Positions 44,254 through 54,882 of a DNA stretch of 64,000 nucleotides are shown here, piece after piece. This DNA comes from Candidatus Omnitrophota bacterium (GTDB lineage Bacteria; Omnitrophota; Gorgyraeia; 2-01-FULL-45-10): contig JAZDOS010000006.1 in NCBI GenBank assembly GCA_043798375.1, forward strand, positions 9,523 to 73,522, read 5' to 3'. Under the pieces are notes generated by a model, which was given only the letters and a program-made list of their open reading frames with translations, was not told the DNA's origin and searched no databases. Within the stretch, counting starts at the first letter, position 1, and each line of letters begins with the position of its first letter. The position numbers and the translations under genes are program-made.

Positions 44254-45699
44254 CTAATATCTGAAAAGAAAATTCTTAAAACTCCAGGGATTCTTTTTGT
44301 CGAGATACGCGGCGGGGTTTTCCTTGAAAAATATCCGGTAACTTTTAAAGGGCGTCCAGTCGGATGACTCCGAGACAAGGCGCCCAAGATACGGTTTTGC
44401 TATCTTTAGAATGTGCTCATGCGGCAGGTCATCCGGCACGCACACCCCCCTATTTGGATTTTCAACCGCCCACATCGCCGCCGATACCACGCCGATCGCG
44501 ACCTGAACGGTAGTCGCGTTCTGATGAGGCACAAGGCGCCGCGACTCCTCTATCGAAAGGATGCTCCCCGTCCACCATGAATTATATTTATGCCCCATGA
44601 TGAGCGCGCCCAGGCTATCGGCGCCGCAGGTTATCTCATCGCCAAGTATCCTGAACTTCGACTGAAGTTCGTAATTGCGGCAGCGGAGCTCGTGAAGCGA
44701 TGATAGAGTCTCGTCGCACGGCATATATGCGTAATGGACGGTTGGCCTGTAGACGGGTTTTCCCCTCTTCCAGATGGTCAGTCTATCCGAAATGGTAAAC
44801 GCCTCACCGTGCCTTATGACCATACCGACGATATCCTGATACGGGATCCACGATCTCACCCACGTGTTTATGCCCATCTGCGATAAGAATATCTGGTTCT
44901 TCGGCCCATACGGCGGCACATGCGCTAAAAGAGGAAGCTCTTTCTCGTGTGTGCCCCAACCCAATTCCGCGGGCGACGTCCCCTCTTCCCTCAATCCCTC
45001 TATCGACCAGGTTCCGACAAACTCATCGACAAGTTTGGGCTTATGAGATACCTGCGTATCCCGTTCGCTTACATGAATTACTTTTACGCCGAGAGCCATC
45101 GCCAGCTGGGCGAAGCGCTTTTCAGCCATAAGATGTTCGAGCAAATTCGCATCCCGCTTCGGAGTTGTTTTGTCCCTTACGGCTTTTCTGGCTATATCGA
45201 TAAGGCCTTTCTTTGTGAAATGCGAAATAAGTCCGGGGTTCGCTCCGTGGTCGAGAACAGCCGTAGCCGAACCGGCCCATTTGGAGACCATGCTGCGCAG
45301 CTCCATATGTTTGAAATAGAGCGATTTTTCGAACGGCGTCTTCTTATCGATATTCGCGTATGGGTCCCATTCCTCGACGGAAGTATTGACATACAGGACT
45401 TTGTTGTCGTGGCACCAGCTGAGCATGTCGAGCGAATCTATGTTCCACGAAAGGTCTACGACGAGCCCGCCGGCCGACACATATTTTGAGAGTATCTTAT
45501 ATACGTTTATCGGGGTTATCTTTTCCTGGGAGTACTTAACGCCCTTCTGGATCCAGGGCGCGAGGTCTTTTCGTTTATCCGCAAAATCTACGACGGTAAT
45601 TTTTTTGCAGGGGATGTCGATATGTTTCAGAAGAATGGGAAGGGCGCATTTACCGACTGAGCCGAAACCTATCATCAATACTTTATTATTGAATTCCAT
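44254..45699 (-). CDS. hss: homospermidine synthase
   Basis: About 480 aa; VLMIGFGSVGKCALPIL Rossmann N-terminus and bacterial HSS pattern. Confidence 0.7.
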   Translation of the reverse strand: MEFNNKVLMIGFGSVGKCALPILLKHIDIPCKKITVVDFADKRKDLAPWIQKGVKYSQEKITPINVYKILSKYVSAGGLVVDLSWNIDSLDMLSWCHDNKVLYVNTSVEEWDPYANIDKKTPFEKSLYFKHMELRSMVSKWAGSATAVLDHGANPGLISHFTKKGLIDIARKAVRDKTTPKRDANLLEHLMAEKRFAQLAMALGVKVIHVSERDTQVSHKPKLVDEFVGTWSIEGLREEGTSPAELGWGTHEKELPLLAHVPPYGPKNQIFLSQMGINTWVRSWIPYQDIVGMVIRHGEAFTISDRLTIWKRGKPVYRPTVHYAYMPCDETLSSLHELRCRNYELQSKFRILGDEITCGADSLGALIMGHKYNSWWTGSILSIEESRRLVPHQNATTVQVAIGVVSAAMWAVENPNRGVCVPDDLPHEHILKIAKPYLGRLVSESSDWTPFKSYRIFFKENPAAYLDKKNPWSFKNFLFRY

Positions 45700-45744
45700 T
45701 CTGCTTCGCCCTTATATTCGTTAATGACGGTTGGGCTTCGCAGG

Positions 45745-45795
45745 AATGGTTCCTGCGAAGCATCTGGTCTATTGATAATTGATTGCGAAGTAGAA
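45745..45795. repeat. repeat family member: 12-bp perfect palindrome GCTTCGCAGGAA-TGG-TTCCTGCGAAGC followed by TTGATTGCGAAG
   Basis: Read directly; lies between the hss start and the RND gene stop. Confidence 0.5.
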
Positions 45796-45851
45796 CCATG
45801 ATTACGTATTATAACAGAATGATGAGCGGTTGCAACAAAAAATCTCGAGCC

Positions 45852-48800
45852 TTACGCGGCGGGAGGTTCTTCTATATTCTCGAGCTCGGAAAATTCAACA
45901 TTATAACTCTTGCGCTCGATCTTTGTAAAGAGGCTGTAGACACAGGGCACTACAAACAACGTAAACATAGTGGATACGATGACTCCGCCTATGATCGTTA
46001 TCGCCATTGGTATCCGTGTTTCGGCGCCGGGCCCTATGGCAAGGGCCACCGGAACGGCGGCCGCGATTGTCGCGACCGATGTCATAAGTATGGGCCTCAG
46101 CCTTATCGGGCATGCCTTAAGAAGCGCGGGGCGAACCTCCAACCCCAGCTCTCTCTGCTGGTTAGTGAAATCGACGAGAAGAATCGAATTCTTCTTTACT
46201 ATACCCATAAGGAGTATCAGGCCTATTATGCTGTAGATATTGATCGACTTATTGAACATCCATAGCGCCAAAAATGCTCCGGAGATGCTGAACGGCAGGG
46301 CCAAGAGGACCGAAAACGGATGGAGATAACTGTTGAACTGTGAGGCGAGCACCATGTACGCTATCAGTATACCCAGCCAGAAGGCAAGCACGAGGCTCGA
46401 GAAGGATTCTTTAAACGTCTCGGTGCTTCCCGAAAATACTATCTTGTAGCCCTCCGGCAGGATGCCCCCGGCTATCCTTTCCACCTCTTTCAGCGCGTCT
46501 GTCTGGGATTTGCCGGACGCCACGTTGGCAAATATTGTTATCGCCCTTTCCCTGTTGCGCCTGGTAATAGTAAGCGGCGTCGGTTTCTCCGTAATATTTA
46601 CCACGTTCTTAAGCTGAACGAGTTCGTTTCTATTATTCCATACCCAAAGCCGTTCGATATCCTCTATTTCATTCCGCTGGATAGGCTTGAGCCTGACCCT
46701 CACGTCGTAACGCCGGCCGCCCTTAGTGTACTTGCCTACCCTCTCTCCGCCTATGAGCGCGTTTATCGCGCTTCCGATATTAGATACGCTAACGCCTCTC
46801 TTATCAGCCTTCTGCCTGTCCGGGGTAACGCGAATTTCCGGGATCTTGGCAAGAAAGTCCGTGTCGACATCTATCATAAGGCTCGACTTTTCCATCTTAA
46901 GGCGGATCTCTTCGGCATACTTTGCCAGCTTTTCCCATTCGGGGCCTCTCACCGATACTTCGACGGGAAAACCCCTTTGGGCCGAAAAACCGGCCAGCGA
47001 TAGGTCCTGTATCGTAACCTTAAGATCCGGTATCTTGTTAAGCTCCTTCCTGAATAACGACATCAACTCTCCTTGAGTAAGCGGATGTTTGTTCGGAGGG
47101 ACTACCGGCCTTTTCCGGGGCTCTTTCAACGTTATGAATAGTACGCCGGAGTTCACTTCGCCGCCGCCGTATCCGCCTATCAAGGCAAAATAGGCATCTA
47201 CCTCCGGCCTCGCCATCAGGTATGCCTCGGCCTTCTTGAAGCGCTCGTCGGTTAATACTATTGATGAACCGACGGGCGTCTGGAGACGGCACATCATCAT
47301 ACTCATATCCTGGGATGGAAGAAACTCTTTGCGGAGCATTTTTAAAAATAACATCGAACACGCGAAAAATGCCAGGGCCGCTATGACGATGACCAGCCTC
47401 TTGCCGAGCGCTTTTTCAAGAAGCCTGTGGTATGCGGAGGCAAGCCATTTGAATCCGCCGTCGACAGATTTTCCGACGATCGTATGGCGCGCGCCGACTT
47501 CCAGGAATTGCGAACACCTCATCGGCGCAAGCGTCAGGGCCTCCAATAACGACAGCGCCACAGCTACGGATATGGTCACGCCGTACTGAAAAAAGAACTT
47601 GCCTATAATGCCGTACATAAATGCGACCGGCAGGAATATCGCGATGAGCGCGATCGTCGCGGCGATAGCCGCGAACGTTATCTGACGCGCGCCGCGGCGC
47701 GCAGCCTCGACCTTCCCTACACCCTTCTCTCTGTAGCGCACGATATTTTCAAGCACCATAATCGCGTCATCCACAACTATACCTATCGCAAGCGATAATC
47801 CAAGCACTGTAAACGTGTTGAGGGTAAATCCGAGGAAATAAATCACTATGAACGTCCCAAGAACCGATGTGGGTATGGCCAGCAATATATTGAACGTAGC
47901 GCTCAACGACCCGAGAAAGAGCCAGCAGACCAATGAGGTTACTATTGCCGAAAGCATCAAAGTAAATATCAATTCGCGTATGGAATCCTCGCTGAATTTG
48001 CTGCGGTTATAGCGAATGCCTATATCTATCTCTTTGGGCTTACCCTTTTTAACCTCTTCCAGGCGCTTCAATACATTTCGCGCCACTTCCACCTCGTTAG
48101 CGCCGCGCTGTTTGCGGATCCCCATGGCCACGGACCGTCGGCCGTTCGACCGGGCTATGCGCCTGACATCGGCGAGGCCGTCTTCTATGCTGGCAACTTC
48201 TTTTAAATATATGGGCTTGAATACCGGCTGTCCCGACCTTTTTGGAAGGAGTAAATTCTCGAATTCCCCGGTGGTCATCGCCTCGCCCATGACCCGCACG
48301 TTAAATTCCTTATCCGCGGTCTCTATCCTGCCGGCGGGTACCTCTTCATGCTCCGCCTTCACGGCATCTATCACATCCTGAACGGTAAATTGATACGCCT
48401 CCAGTTTGTCGGCATCCACCCATATCCTCAGGTTCCTGTCTACAAATCCTCCGAGGAAAATATCGCCGACGCCGTTTATCGTGGCAAACTGGTCCTTGAG
48501 ATGGTCCTGGACGTATGTCATTATATCGCGCAGCGGCAGTGTCTTAGACGAGACGGCAAGCATCAGTATCGGATGGTCTTCGGGATTGACTTTGCTGACT
48601 ATCGCCGGGTCAAGATCGGTAGGCAGCATCCTTTGGGCCTGGTCGATCTTCGCCTGCACGTCCTGAACGGCAACGTCTATATCCTTGTCCAGGTCGAACT
48701 CGACCGTTATGCTCGCCGTTCCCTGCCGTATTGAGCTTGAGATCTCGCGCACACCCTGGATACCCATGAGGGCGCTTTCAGCTATATCCACCACGTCCGT

Positions 48801-48980
48801 CTCCATGACTTCGGGAGCCGCGCCTTCCCACGTGAGATGCACCGAAACTATCGGAAAGTCCACGTCCGGCAGTTGGCCCACGCCCAGGCGGCCGTAGCAT
48901 ATTACGCCGAATATCACAAGTGCCGCCATCAGCATCCAGGCGAAGACCGGATTTTTTATTGAAAGGTCAGAAAGTGTCAT
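45852..48980 (-). CDS. RND efflux transporter permease (AcrB/CzcA family)
   Basis: 1042 aa; 12-TM and large-periplasmic-loop pattern of the ACR_tran family. Confidence 0.85.
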   Translation of the reverse strand: MTLSDLSIKNPVFAWMLMAALVIFGVICYGRLGVGQLPDVDFPIVSVHLTWEGAAPEVMETDVVDIAESALMGIQGVREISSSIRQGTASITVEFDLDKDIDVAVQDVQAKIDQAQRMLPTDLDPAIVSKVNPEDHPILMLAVSSKTLPLRDIMTYVQDHLKDQFATINGVGDIFLGGFVDRNLRIWVDADKLEAYQFTVQDVIDAVKAEHEEVPAGRIETADKEFNVRVMGEAMTTGEFENLLLPKRSGQPVFKPIYLKEVASIEDGLADVRRIARSNGRRSVAMGIRKQRGANEVEVARNVLKRLEEVKKGKPKEIDIGIRYNRSKFSEDSIRELIFTLMLSAIVTSLVCWLFLGSLSATFNILLAIPTSVLGTFIVIYFLGFTLNTFTVLGLSLAIGIVVDDAIMVLENIVRYREKGVGKVEAARRGARQITFAAIAATIALIAIFLPVAFMYGIIGKFFFQYGVTISVAVALSLLEALTLAPMRCSQFLEVGARHTIVGKSVDGGFKWLASAYHRLLEKALGKRLVIVIAALAFFACSMLFLKMLRKEFLPSQDMSMMMCRLQTPVGSSIVLTDERFKKAEAYLMARPEVDAYFALIGGYGGGEVNSGVLFITLKEPRKRPVVPPNKHPLTQGELMSLFRKELNKIPDLKVTIQDLSLAGFSAQRGFPVEVSVRGPEWEKLAKYAEEIRLKMEKSSLMIDVDTDFLAKIPEIRVTPDRQKADKRGVSVSNIGSAINALIGGERVGKYTKGGRRYDVRVRLKPIQRNEIEDIERLWVWNNRNELVQLKNVVNITEKPTPLTITRRNRERAITIFANVASGKSQTDALKEVERIAGGILPEGYKIVFSGSTETFKESFSSLVLAFWLGILIAYMVLASQFNSYLHPFSVLLALPFSISGAFLALWMFNKSINIYSIIGLILLMGIVKKNSILLVDFTNQQRELGLEVRPALLKACPIRLRPILMTSVATIAAAVPVALAIGPGAETRIPMAITIIGGVIVSTMFTLFVVPCVYSLFTKIERKSYNVEFSELENIEEPPAA

Positions 48981-50329
48981 TCAAGGGTATCCCTCATGCT
49001 TTCGCCCACAGCCACGCGAAGCTGCCAGTACTGTCTCTTGGCCCCGTACATGGCGCGTATAAAATCTCTCTGGGCATTCTGCAGCGTCTGGATCGCGGCC
49101 AGGACGTCAAGGTTATTGACAAGGCTTAACAGATAATCCTTTTTCTGTAAATGATAATTAAGCTTGGCCGTCTTATATTCCTTCTCAAGTAATTTATATA
49201 CTTTTATAGCCGTGCCGAGCCTTACGTATGAATCACGTATATCGTAGGGCGCCAGCCTCCTCGTCCTTTTATATGTGAGTTCCTGCTGGTGGGCCTTTGC
49301 GATTGCCTCATTGGACCTGCCTATAGTTAAGCCCCCGTCAAATATAGGGACGTTCACATTCAACGTCACGTCCCAGTCGACACCCTTGTCAAAACCGGTC
49401 CGCTGTGTATAATAGTTGGCCGTAACGTCCACGCTGGGTAGAAAGTCGCTATTGACGATCTGGGCCTGTTTCCTGGCTACTTCCCAGCCGAATTTAGTCG
49501 CTTTAACATCGGGGCGCTGGTCGGATTTGGCCACATAATAATTTATCGGCTGTAAATCGGACGGCATATCATATCTGTCGTTGATGCTGTAGACCGAGCC
49601 GCCGACCAGAAACTCCAGAAGCTGGCGCGCTACGACCTCCTGGTTCTTCGTTAGCTCGATATCCGAATCAACACCGAATAACTGGGCCTTCGCGTTCACC
49701 ACTTCGCTCGGCCTCGATCGCCCAAGGCGCTCCCTCTGACGTAATTCCGTAATACGGTTCAAGAGCGCCACCCGGATCTTCTGAAGAGCCTTCAGGTCCT
49801 CCCTCTTCTCGATTAACAGATAGAAAGAACTGGCGACATCGACCAGAAGCAGCTGCTCGGCTCGTATCTTTTGATTGATGAACTGTTCGCGCTCAAACTT
49901 GCTTCCCTTAATGCCCGCAAACGCCTTGAACCCGTTAAAAAGCGTCTGGGTAATGGTGAATTGCCTCTGGGAATCTTTTGTCGTAGATACAGCGGCTCCG
50001 GATATGGCGGTTACCGCGCCATCAGGCCTGGCCTGCTGTATATCGGCGGAGACGAAGGAGATGTGCGGCAGCATGATCGACAATGCCTGCAAAAAACGCG
50101 CCTCGGCTATCTTTATCTCGTCCGCGTCGATCGCTATCTTCTCGCTCTGCCTCAGGGCCATCTTATAGCAATCGGAAAGCGTCAGCGGCACGGGATCGGG
50201 CAAAGGGCTATCCGGCGAAGCGGACCTCTTCTGTATAACATTATAAGATACGCCCTCCGGCCAGGCGTAATAAGGAACGCCTGCCTGCGCCAGGATAAAT
50301 ATGAGTATTAACGAAACCGTCTTTCTCAT
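48977..50329 (-). CDS. outer membrane efflux protein (TolC-like OMF)
   Basis: Signal peptide and two-repeat OEP architecture. Confidence 0.7.
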   Translation of the reverse strand: MRKTVSLILIFILAQAGVPYYAWPEGVSYNVIQKRSASPDSPLPDPVPLTLSDCYKMALRQSEKIAIDADEIKIAEARFLQALSIMLPHISFVSADIQQARPDGAVTAISGAAVSTTKDSQRQFTITQTLFNGFKAFAGIKGSKFEREQFINQKIRAEQLLLVDVASSFYLLIEKREDLKALQKIRVALLNRITELRQRERLGRSRPSEVVNAKAQLFGVDSDIELTKNQEVVARQLLEFLVGGSVYSINDRYDMPSDLQPINYYVAKSDQRPDVKATKFGWEVARKQAQIVNSDFLPSVDVTANYYTQRTGFDKGVDWDVTLNVNVPIFDGGLTIGRSNEAIAKAHQQELTYKRTRRLAPYDIRDSYVRLGTAIKVYKLLEKEYKTAKLNYHLQKKDYLLSLVNNLDVLAAIQTLQNAQRDFIRAMYGAKRQYWQLRVAVGESMRDTLE

Positions 50330-50331
50330 CT

Positions 50332-50781
50332 TTAGCGGTCTTTCTCCATGATATGATCCCGTATGTGCGTAAGGATTTCAAGGTACTTCTCGCGCTCTTC
50401 GTGCGATATCATGCTGAAGATTCTGGCCGTCAACACCTTCCTCTGGTCTATCATATTTTTTACGGACATGGCGCCCTTCGCGGTCAAAGTCACCTTTACG
50501 ATCCTCCTGTCCCCCGGGTCATACGCCCTCTTCGCGTAGCCATCCCTCACGAGTCGATCGACAATGCCGGTCATCGCCGCGGTCGTGACGTTTATGAAAC
50601 GGGCCAGATCCGACATCTTGGACTCTCCCTGCCTCTTCAGCATGTCAAGAACCACGAACTGAGGAAGCGTGATCTTAAGCTTATAAAATTCGTTCGTCTC
50701 CTGCCTGAAGAACTCCCTCATAATAACAGGCATTATCTCGCTCACCCTGTCCGCAAACTCCGCCAGCGATAAATTCGGCAT
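50332..50781 (-). CDS. MarR family transcriptional regulator
   Basis: LTLPQFVVLDMLKRQGESKMSDLARFINVTTAAMTGIVDRL wHTH. Confidence 0.8.
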   Translation of the reverse strand: MPNLSLAEFADRVSEIMPVIMREFFRQETNEFYKLKITLPQFVVLDMLKRQGESKMSDLARFINVTTAAMTGIVDRLVRDGYAKRAYDPGDRRIVKVTLTAKGAMSVKNMIDQRKVLTARIFSMISHEEREKYLEILTHIRDHIMEKDR

Positions 50782-50883
50782 CGTTAACCTCCTTGATAGT
50801 TAACCATATTAAATATCAATATAGTAAATATACCACACCGTTAATCTTTTGTCAAGTCACTTGCGGTAAATTTTGGCTTGGTT

Positions 50884-51309
50884 TTAAGCCCAGGCGGGTG
50901 AATTGCGGTACCACTTCATTGAAGCCTCGGCAAGAGAGATTGGCCTGCCCATCTCCTCGCCGTAACGCCTCTGGTAGAACAAAATCGTCTCAAGTTCTTC
51001 GTAAAATTTCATCGCGAAGTTCGTCGTCCTTTCCATGAATTCGATCCCTACATTGTAAGGGTCTTTATCCGAAAACCTCTGGGTATGGACGGCCCTTGAC
51101 CTGATAAAAAATTCCTCGTTCCTTAAAAACATCCTTACGATAAGGCCGGCCGCGCCGTCCAGCTTTCTATTCACGGAGATAAGCGCGCCGCCTTCCGATA
51201 TATTCAGCGTTATTGAAGGCTCTCTCGTCAGGATACCCTCTTCCTTATACTGGATGGGGCAGTAAACGGAATATCTCCTGAACCTTCTTCTCTCCGTAAC
51301 GTCTACCAT
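50884..51309 (-). CDS. PilZ domain protein
   Basis: RRRFRRYSV...NISEGGALI matches the PilZ RxxxR and D/NxSxGG motifs. Confidence 0.65.
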   Translation of the reverse strand: MVDVTERRRFRRYSVYCPIQYKEEGILTREPSITLNISEGGALISVNRKLDGAAGLIVRMFLRNEEFFIRSRAVHTQRFSDKDPYNVGIEFMERTTNFAMKFYEELETILFYQRRYGEEMGRPISLAEASMKWYRNSPAWA

Positions 51310-51430
51310 AAGATATCCTTATGTTTTGCCGGTAACAAAAACGCCTGGCACAATATATCTGCCAAGCATTTGTAAAAAGCATATCATATATTTCCATAAA
51401 GGCAAGGCGCAAATTCTTAGTTTTTCATTC

Positions 51431-51796
51431 CTAACCTATATGCTTCCTCACCATGTCGACTACCTCCTGCATGCTGGCCGGCTTCACGAGATAGTCGTTT
51501 GCGCCCAGGCGGCCGGCATCGAGAGCGTATTCCGACTCGGTCTTTGCCGTAAGTATGACGACCGGTATGTTCATGGTCTTCGAATCGCCCTTGAGTTTCA
51601 CAAGGACCGTGAAACCGTTTATTCTGGGCATCACCAGATCCAAAAGTATTAGGCCGGGGGCCTCCCTCTTCGCCTTATCTATCCCGTCATGGCCGTCATA
51701 TGCGGATATGCAGTCGTATCCGTTTGCCTCGAGCCTCATTTTTAAAGCATCTACAAACCCCGGCTCATCATCTATAATTAAAATTTTCTTGCTCAT
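51431..51796 (-). CDS. single-domain response regulator (CheY-like receiver)
   Basis: KKILIIDDE...LILLDLVMP...VVILTAK. Start taken at MSKKIL, which has an AAGGAAGGGGA RBS. Confidence 0.8.
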   Translation of the reverse strand: MSKKILIIDDEPGFVDALKMRLEANGYDCISAYDGHDGIDKAKREAPGLILLDLVMPRINGFTVLVKLKGDSKTMNIPVVILTAKTESEYALDAGRLGANDYLVKPASMQEVVDMVRKHIG

Positions 51797-51868
51797 CTCC
51801 GTATCCCCTTCCTTCTTATGCATAAGTATATCATATAAAACTCTTTTGTGAAGAAAAAAATAACATCC

Positions 51869-51903
51869 GCCGAAGCACCTGCCCTATCTCTTATTGATTG
51901 CGA
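51869..51903. repeat. repeat family member ACATCCGCCGAAGCA...TTGATTGCGAAGGCGGATA overlapping the 3' end of the fused spermidine synthase gene
   Basis: The 19-nt core TTGATTGCGAAGGCGGATA is identical at 58632..58650. Confidence 0.6.
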
Positions 51904-54232
51904 AGGCGGATAAAAGAACGAAGGCCGCCAGGCTCATGAAGCCGATAGCATAACACGTCTTCGATATGCCCATGACCGGGATAAGAAATCCGCCCGCAAA
52001 AAGGGCTCCCAGGCATGAGCCGAAAAGGTCGATCCCGTAAGTAAGACCCGCCGTCCCTGCCACCATCCCCTCTTTGCCGCTCAGATATATTTTATTTGCC
52101 AGAGGGAACTGAAAGCCGCCGATGAAGCCGGCCATCACCGATATGAACGGAAAAATAATATTCGCGCCGAGCCATATTGCCGGCATAGCCCCTGAACCTG
52201 CCAATAGATCCAGGAGGGCCGGCAGCGTAAAAATATATAGGCAGAGAAAGCCTTGGGTCCCTATAAAAATCCTGCGGCCGTTTCCGAAAAACCGCGCCAT
52301 TTTCACGGCAAACCATCCTCCGAGCGCAAGTCCGGCCATATAAGATGTCAATATTACTCCTAATTTATAGTATAGATATCCGTATATGGCCTGAAAAGCA
52401 AGGCACACCATGACCTGTACCGTCATAAGGCTAAAACCCGCTATCGACAGCGCCGCAAGCGATGATTTTTCAAAACGCCTTTTATCGTTAAACAAAGCGG
52501 CACCGAATAACAGGATGGAAAGACAGGCGAAAGACTTTGCCTTCCAGACCCTTTCCCCTGTAATTGACTTAAGGATTTTATTGAACAGCGAATCCTTAAA
52601 GCGCGCCGTCCAGAATAATACGGCGTAATAATATGATATGGGCCTGAAGTCGCGGTTTATCTCCCCCTTCCTGCCGACACAATTTTCTATTGTTCTTATT
52701 TTATCGCCCGACAACTTCGATGAAAGGTAATACTCTCTCACATATTTTATATCGAGACTCCGCTCTCCGGCCCTCTTCATAAGGAGGCCATAATCATAGG
52801 TGAGCATCGCCTTCCGGTCCGTCGCGAGAAAGTACGCCGTATCGCCCGGGATCACCAACACATCGGCGAAGACTTCTTTTAATGTGGTATAAATAGATCT
52901 CAGGAATTTACCAAGTTCGGCATTGATATAGTTCTCGGAAGAACCCAGTCCGAACGAGATGAGGCCGGAGTCTTTTAAGGCATGTTTGGCCTCTCTGAAA
53001 AACTCGACGGTATAGTATCTGTTGATCTCGGCCGTCAGCGGGTCGCCCAGATCGACTATTATGCAGTCATAGCGCCTTGCGGTATTTTTTATAAAAGACC
53101 TGCCGTCTTGGTAGTGAATATACAGCTTCGGGTCACGGAGAGGCCTGTAATATTCTTCGGGAAGATAGAGCCTGGCCAAATTTAAAATCATCGGATCGAG
53201 CTCTGCGTAATCGATTTTTTCGACAGGATGCTTTAATATCTCGCCGGCAAGGCCGCCGACGCCTCCCCCTACCAGAAGGACGTCTTTCGGGTCGCGGTTT
53301 TCGAGAAGGGCGTAGTGAACTCTCTCCTCCCGGCTCTGGATGTCCGGTATGGTATAAAGGCGGAGCCCGTTATTAAAAAAGGAGATTTGAGCGTCTTTTT
53401 TGGTAACTGCTACATTACCGTATATGGAATTTTTTGACGCTATAAGATTATATCCGCCCCATTCTTTCGCCAGTAAATAACTCTCCATGCGGCTCCACCC
53501 CTTGAGAGGCCACATAACAACGAGACCTACGAAAATAAGATTTGAGACTGCCAGGAAGAATGTCCTGCGCTTAACCTCTCCGGACATAAGCGGCATGACA
53601 AGCGAGCATATGATATTCAAAATGGCCAGGATACCCATGATCTCCAGGGAACCCAATAGGCGGATCAGGATAAAACTCGCGATGAGACCGCCGCCCATCG
53701 CTCCAAACGCCTCGAGGACATAGACCCTGCCTATTCTTGAAGCGCCGTCCCTCGACAGGCTCGGGACGGTATCTAGATCGTAAAGCCTGCATGCAAGAGA
53801 AAAGGTAAAACCGAGGATTATACAAACCGGGGCGAGGATTATAAGTGCGGATATCGCCATCGGCGATAACGGTATGATCTCGCCGGGATTTATATGAAGG
53901 GTGCTCTTTATAAGCCTTATGGCAACGATACCGAACGGAAGCAGGATTGATAAAATAATCTGGCAGGATAAAAATAGATTGAGCTTGAACTTCACCTTGT
54001 CGGCAAATCTTCCCAAAAGGAGGCTGCCGACGGCTCCCCCGGCCAGCCAGCTTGCGAGGATGAATCCGATCGATAACTCGCTGCCGTAAAATACGACCAA
54101 AAGCTCCCGGATGAAGACGATCTGCGAGGCCATGGCCGTAAAACCTATTACGATCACGGATAAGGATACAGCCATCTTCGCCCCGCCCTTTCCTCCCAAG
54201 CTTTCACTATTCATAGAAGGGGCGGGGTTCAT
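51884..54232 (-). CDS. fused polytopic membrane domain/spermidine synthase-like protein
   Basis: Many TM helices flanking a central aminopropyltransferase fold (VLLVGGGVGGLAGEILKH...DCIIVDLGDP). Confidence 0.65.
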   Translation of the reverse strand: MNPAPSMNSESLGGKGGAKMAVSLSVIVIGFTAMASQIVFIRELLVVFYGSELSIGFILASWLAGGAVGSLLLGRFADKVKFKLNLFLSCQIILSILLPFGIVAIRLIKSTLHINPGEIIPLSPMAISALIILAPVCIILGFTFSLACRLYDLDTVPSLSRDGASRIGRVYVLEAFGAMGGGLIASFILIRLLGSLEIMGILAILNIICSLVMPLMSGEVKRRTFFLAVSNLIFVGLVVMWPLKGWSRMESYLLAKEWGGYNLIASKNSIYGNVAVTKKDAQISFFNNGLRLYTIPDIQSREERVHYALLENRDPKDVLLVGGGVGGLAGEILKHPVEKIDYAELDPMILNLARLYLPEEYYRPLRDPKLYIHYQDGRSFIKNTARRYDCIIVDLGDPLTAEINRYYTVEFFREAKHALKDSGLISFGLGSSENYINAELGKFLRSIYTTLKEVFADVLVIPGDTAYFLATDRKAMLTYDYGLLMKRAGERSLDIKYVREYYLSSKLSGDKIRTIENCVGRKGEINRDFRPISYYYAVLFWTARFKDSLFNKILKSITGERVWKAKSFACLSILLFGAALFNDKRRFEKSSLAALSIAGFSLMTVQVMVCLAFQAIYGYLYYKLGVILTSYMAGLALGGWFAVKMARFFGNGRRIFIGTQGFLCLYIFTLPALLDLLAGSGAMPAIWLGANIIFPFISVMAGFIGGFQFPLANKIYLSGKEGMVAGTAGLTYGIDLFGSCLGALFAGGFLIPVMGISKTCYAIGFMSLAAFVLLSAFAINKR

Positions 54233-54882
54233 ATCATAAGCCTTATGCCTAATAATATAAGGAGGGCCGCGCAGATGGCTTTAAAGACAAGATTGGACGC
54301 CCCGGACTTGAGAAGTTTGGCCGGTATCCATTTAACGGCGCCGGTCAGGGCCGATATCACAATTATACCCGAAGCGAGCGTTCCCAACCCGAAAGAGAAC
54401 GCGTAAGCCATGCCGTCGAGGGCGCATTTTGACAACAGGACTATATTGAACAGTATCGCGACAAGCGGCGCGCACGGCACAACGCCGATCGAAAAGCCCA
54501 GAAGGAAGAGGCCTGACTTACCGTATACGCTTTTCCTGGATTTCGCGCCGGGACAGCCCGCATGCTCTTTATAGGTAAGTAGAAGAACCCCGAAAGCAAT
54601 CGCTGCCGCGCCGCTCAAAGGCTTAAAAAAAATCGAAAGATTTGAATCCGTGAAGTGCCTCAGGGCCGTCCCGGAAAGGCCCGCAAGGTAACCGAGAAGA
54701 AGATACGCCGATAACCTTCCCGACAAAAATATAAAAACATCGGACAGGGTATCCGCCCACCCCTTTTGGCTTGCGGCAGTATAGGCAACTATGATGGGCG
54801 TGCAGACCAGAAGGCACGGGCCGGCGATGCCGAAAGTGAACCCTATACCGAAAATCTGAAGGTGCGTGATCAGCGCGTCCAT
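54229..54882 (-). CDS. CcdA/DsbD-family-like transmembrane protein
   Basis: Six predicted TM helices with membrane-embedded Cys motifs AGPCLLVCTP and VVPCAPLV. Confidence 0.4.
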   Translation of the reverse strand: MDALITHLQIFGIGFTFGIAGPCLLVCTPIIVAYTAASQKGWADTLSDVFIFLSGRLSAYLLLGYLAGLSGTALRHFTDSNLSIFFKPLSGAAAIAFGVLLLTYKEHAGCPGAKSRKSVYGKSGLFLLGFSIGVVPCAPLVAILFNIVLLSKCALDGMAYAFSFGLGTLASGIIVISALTGAVKWIPAKLLKSGASNLVFKAICAALLILLGIRLMI

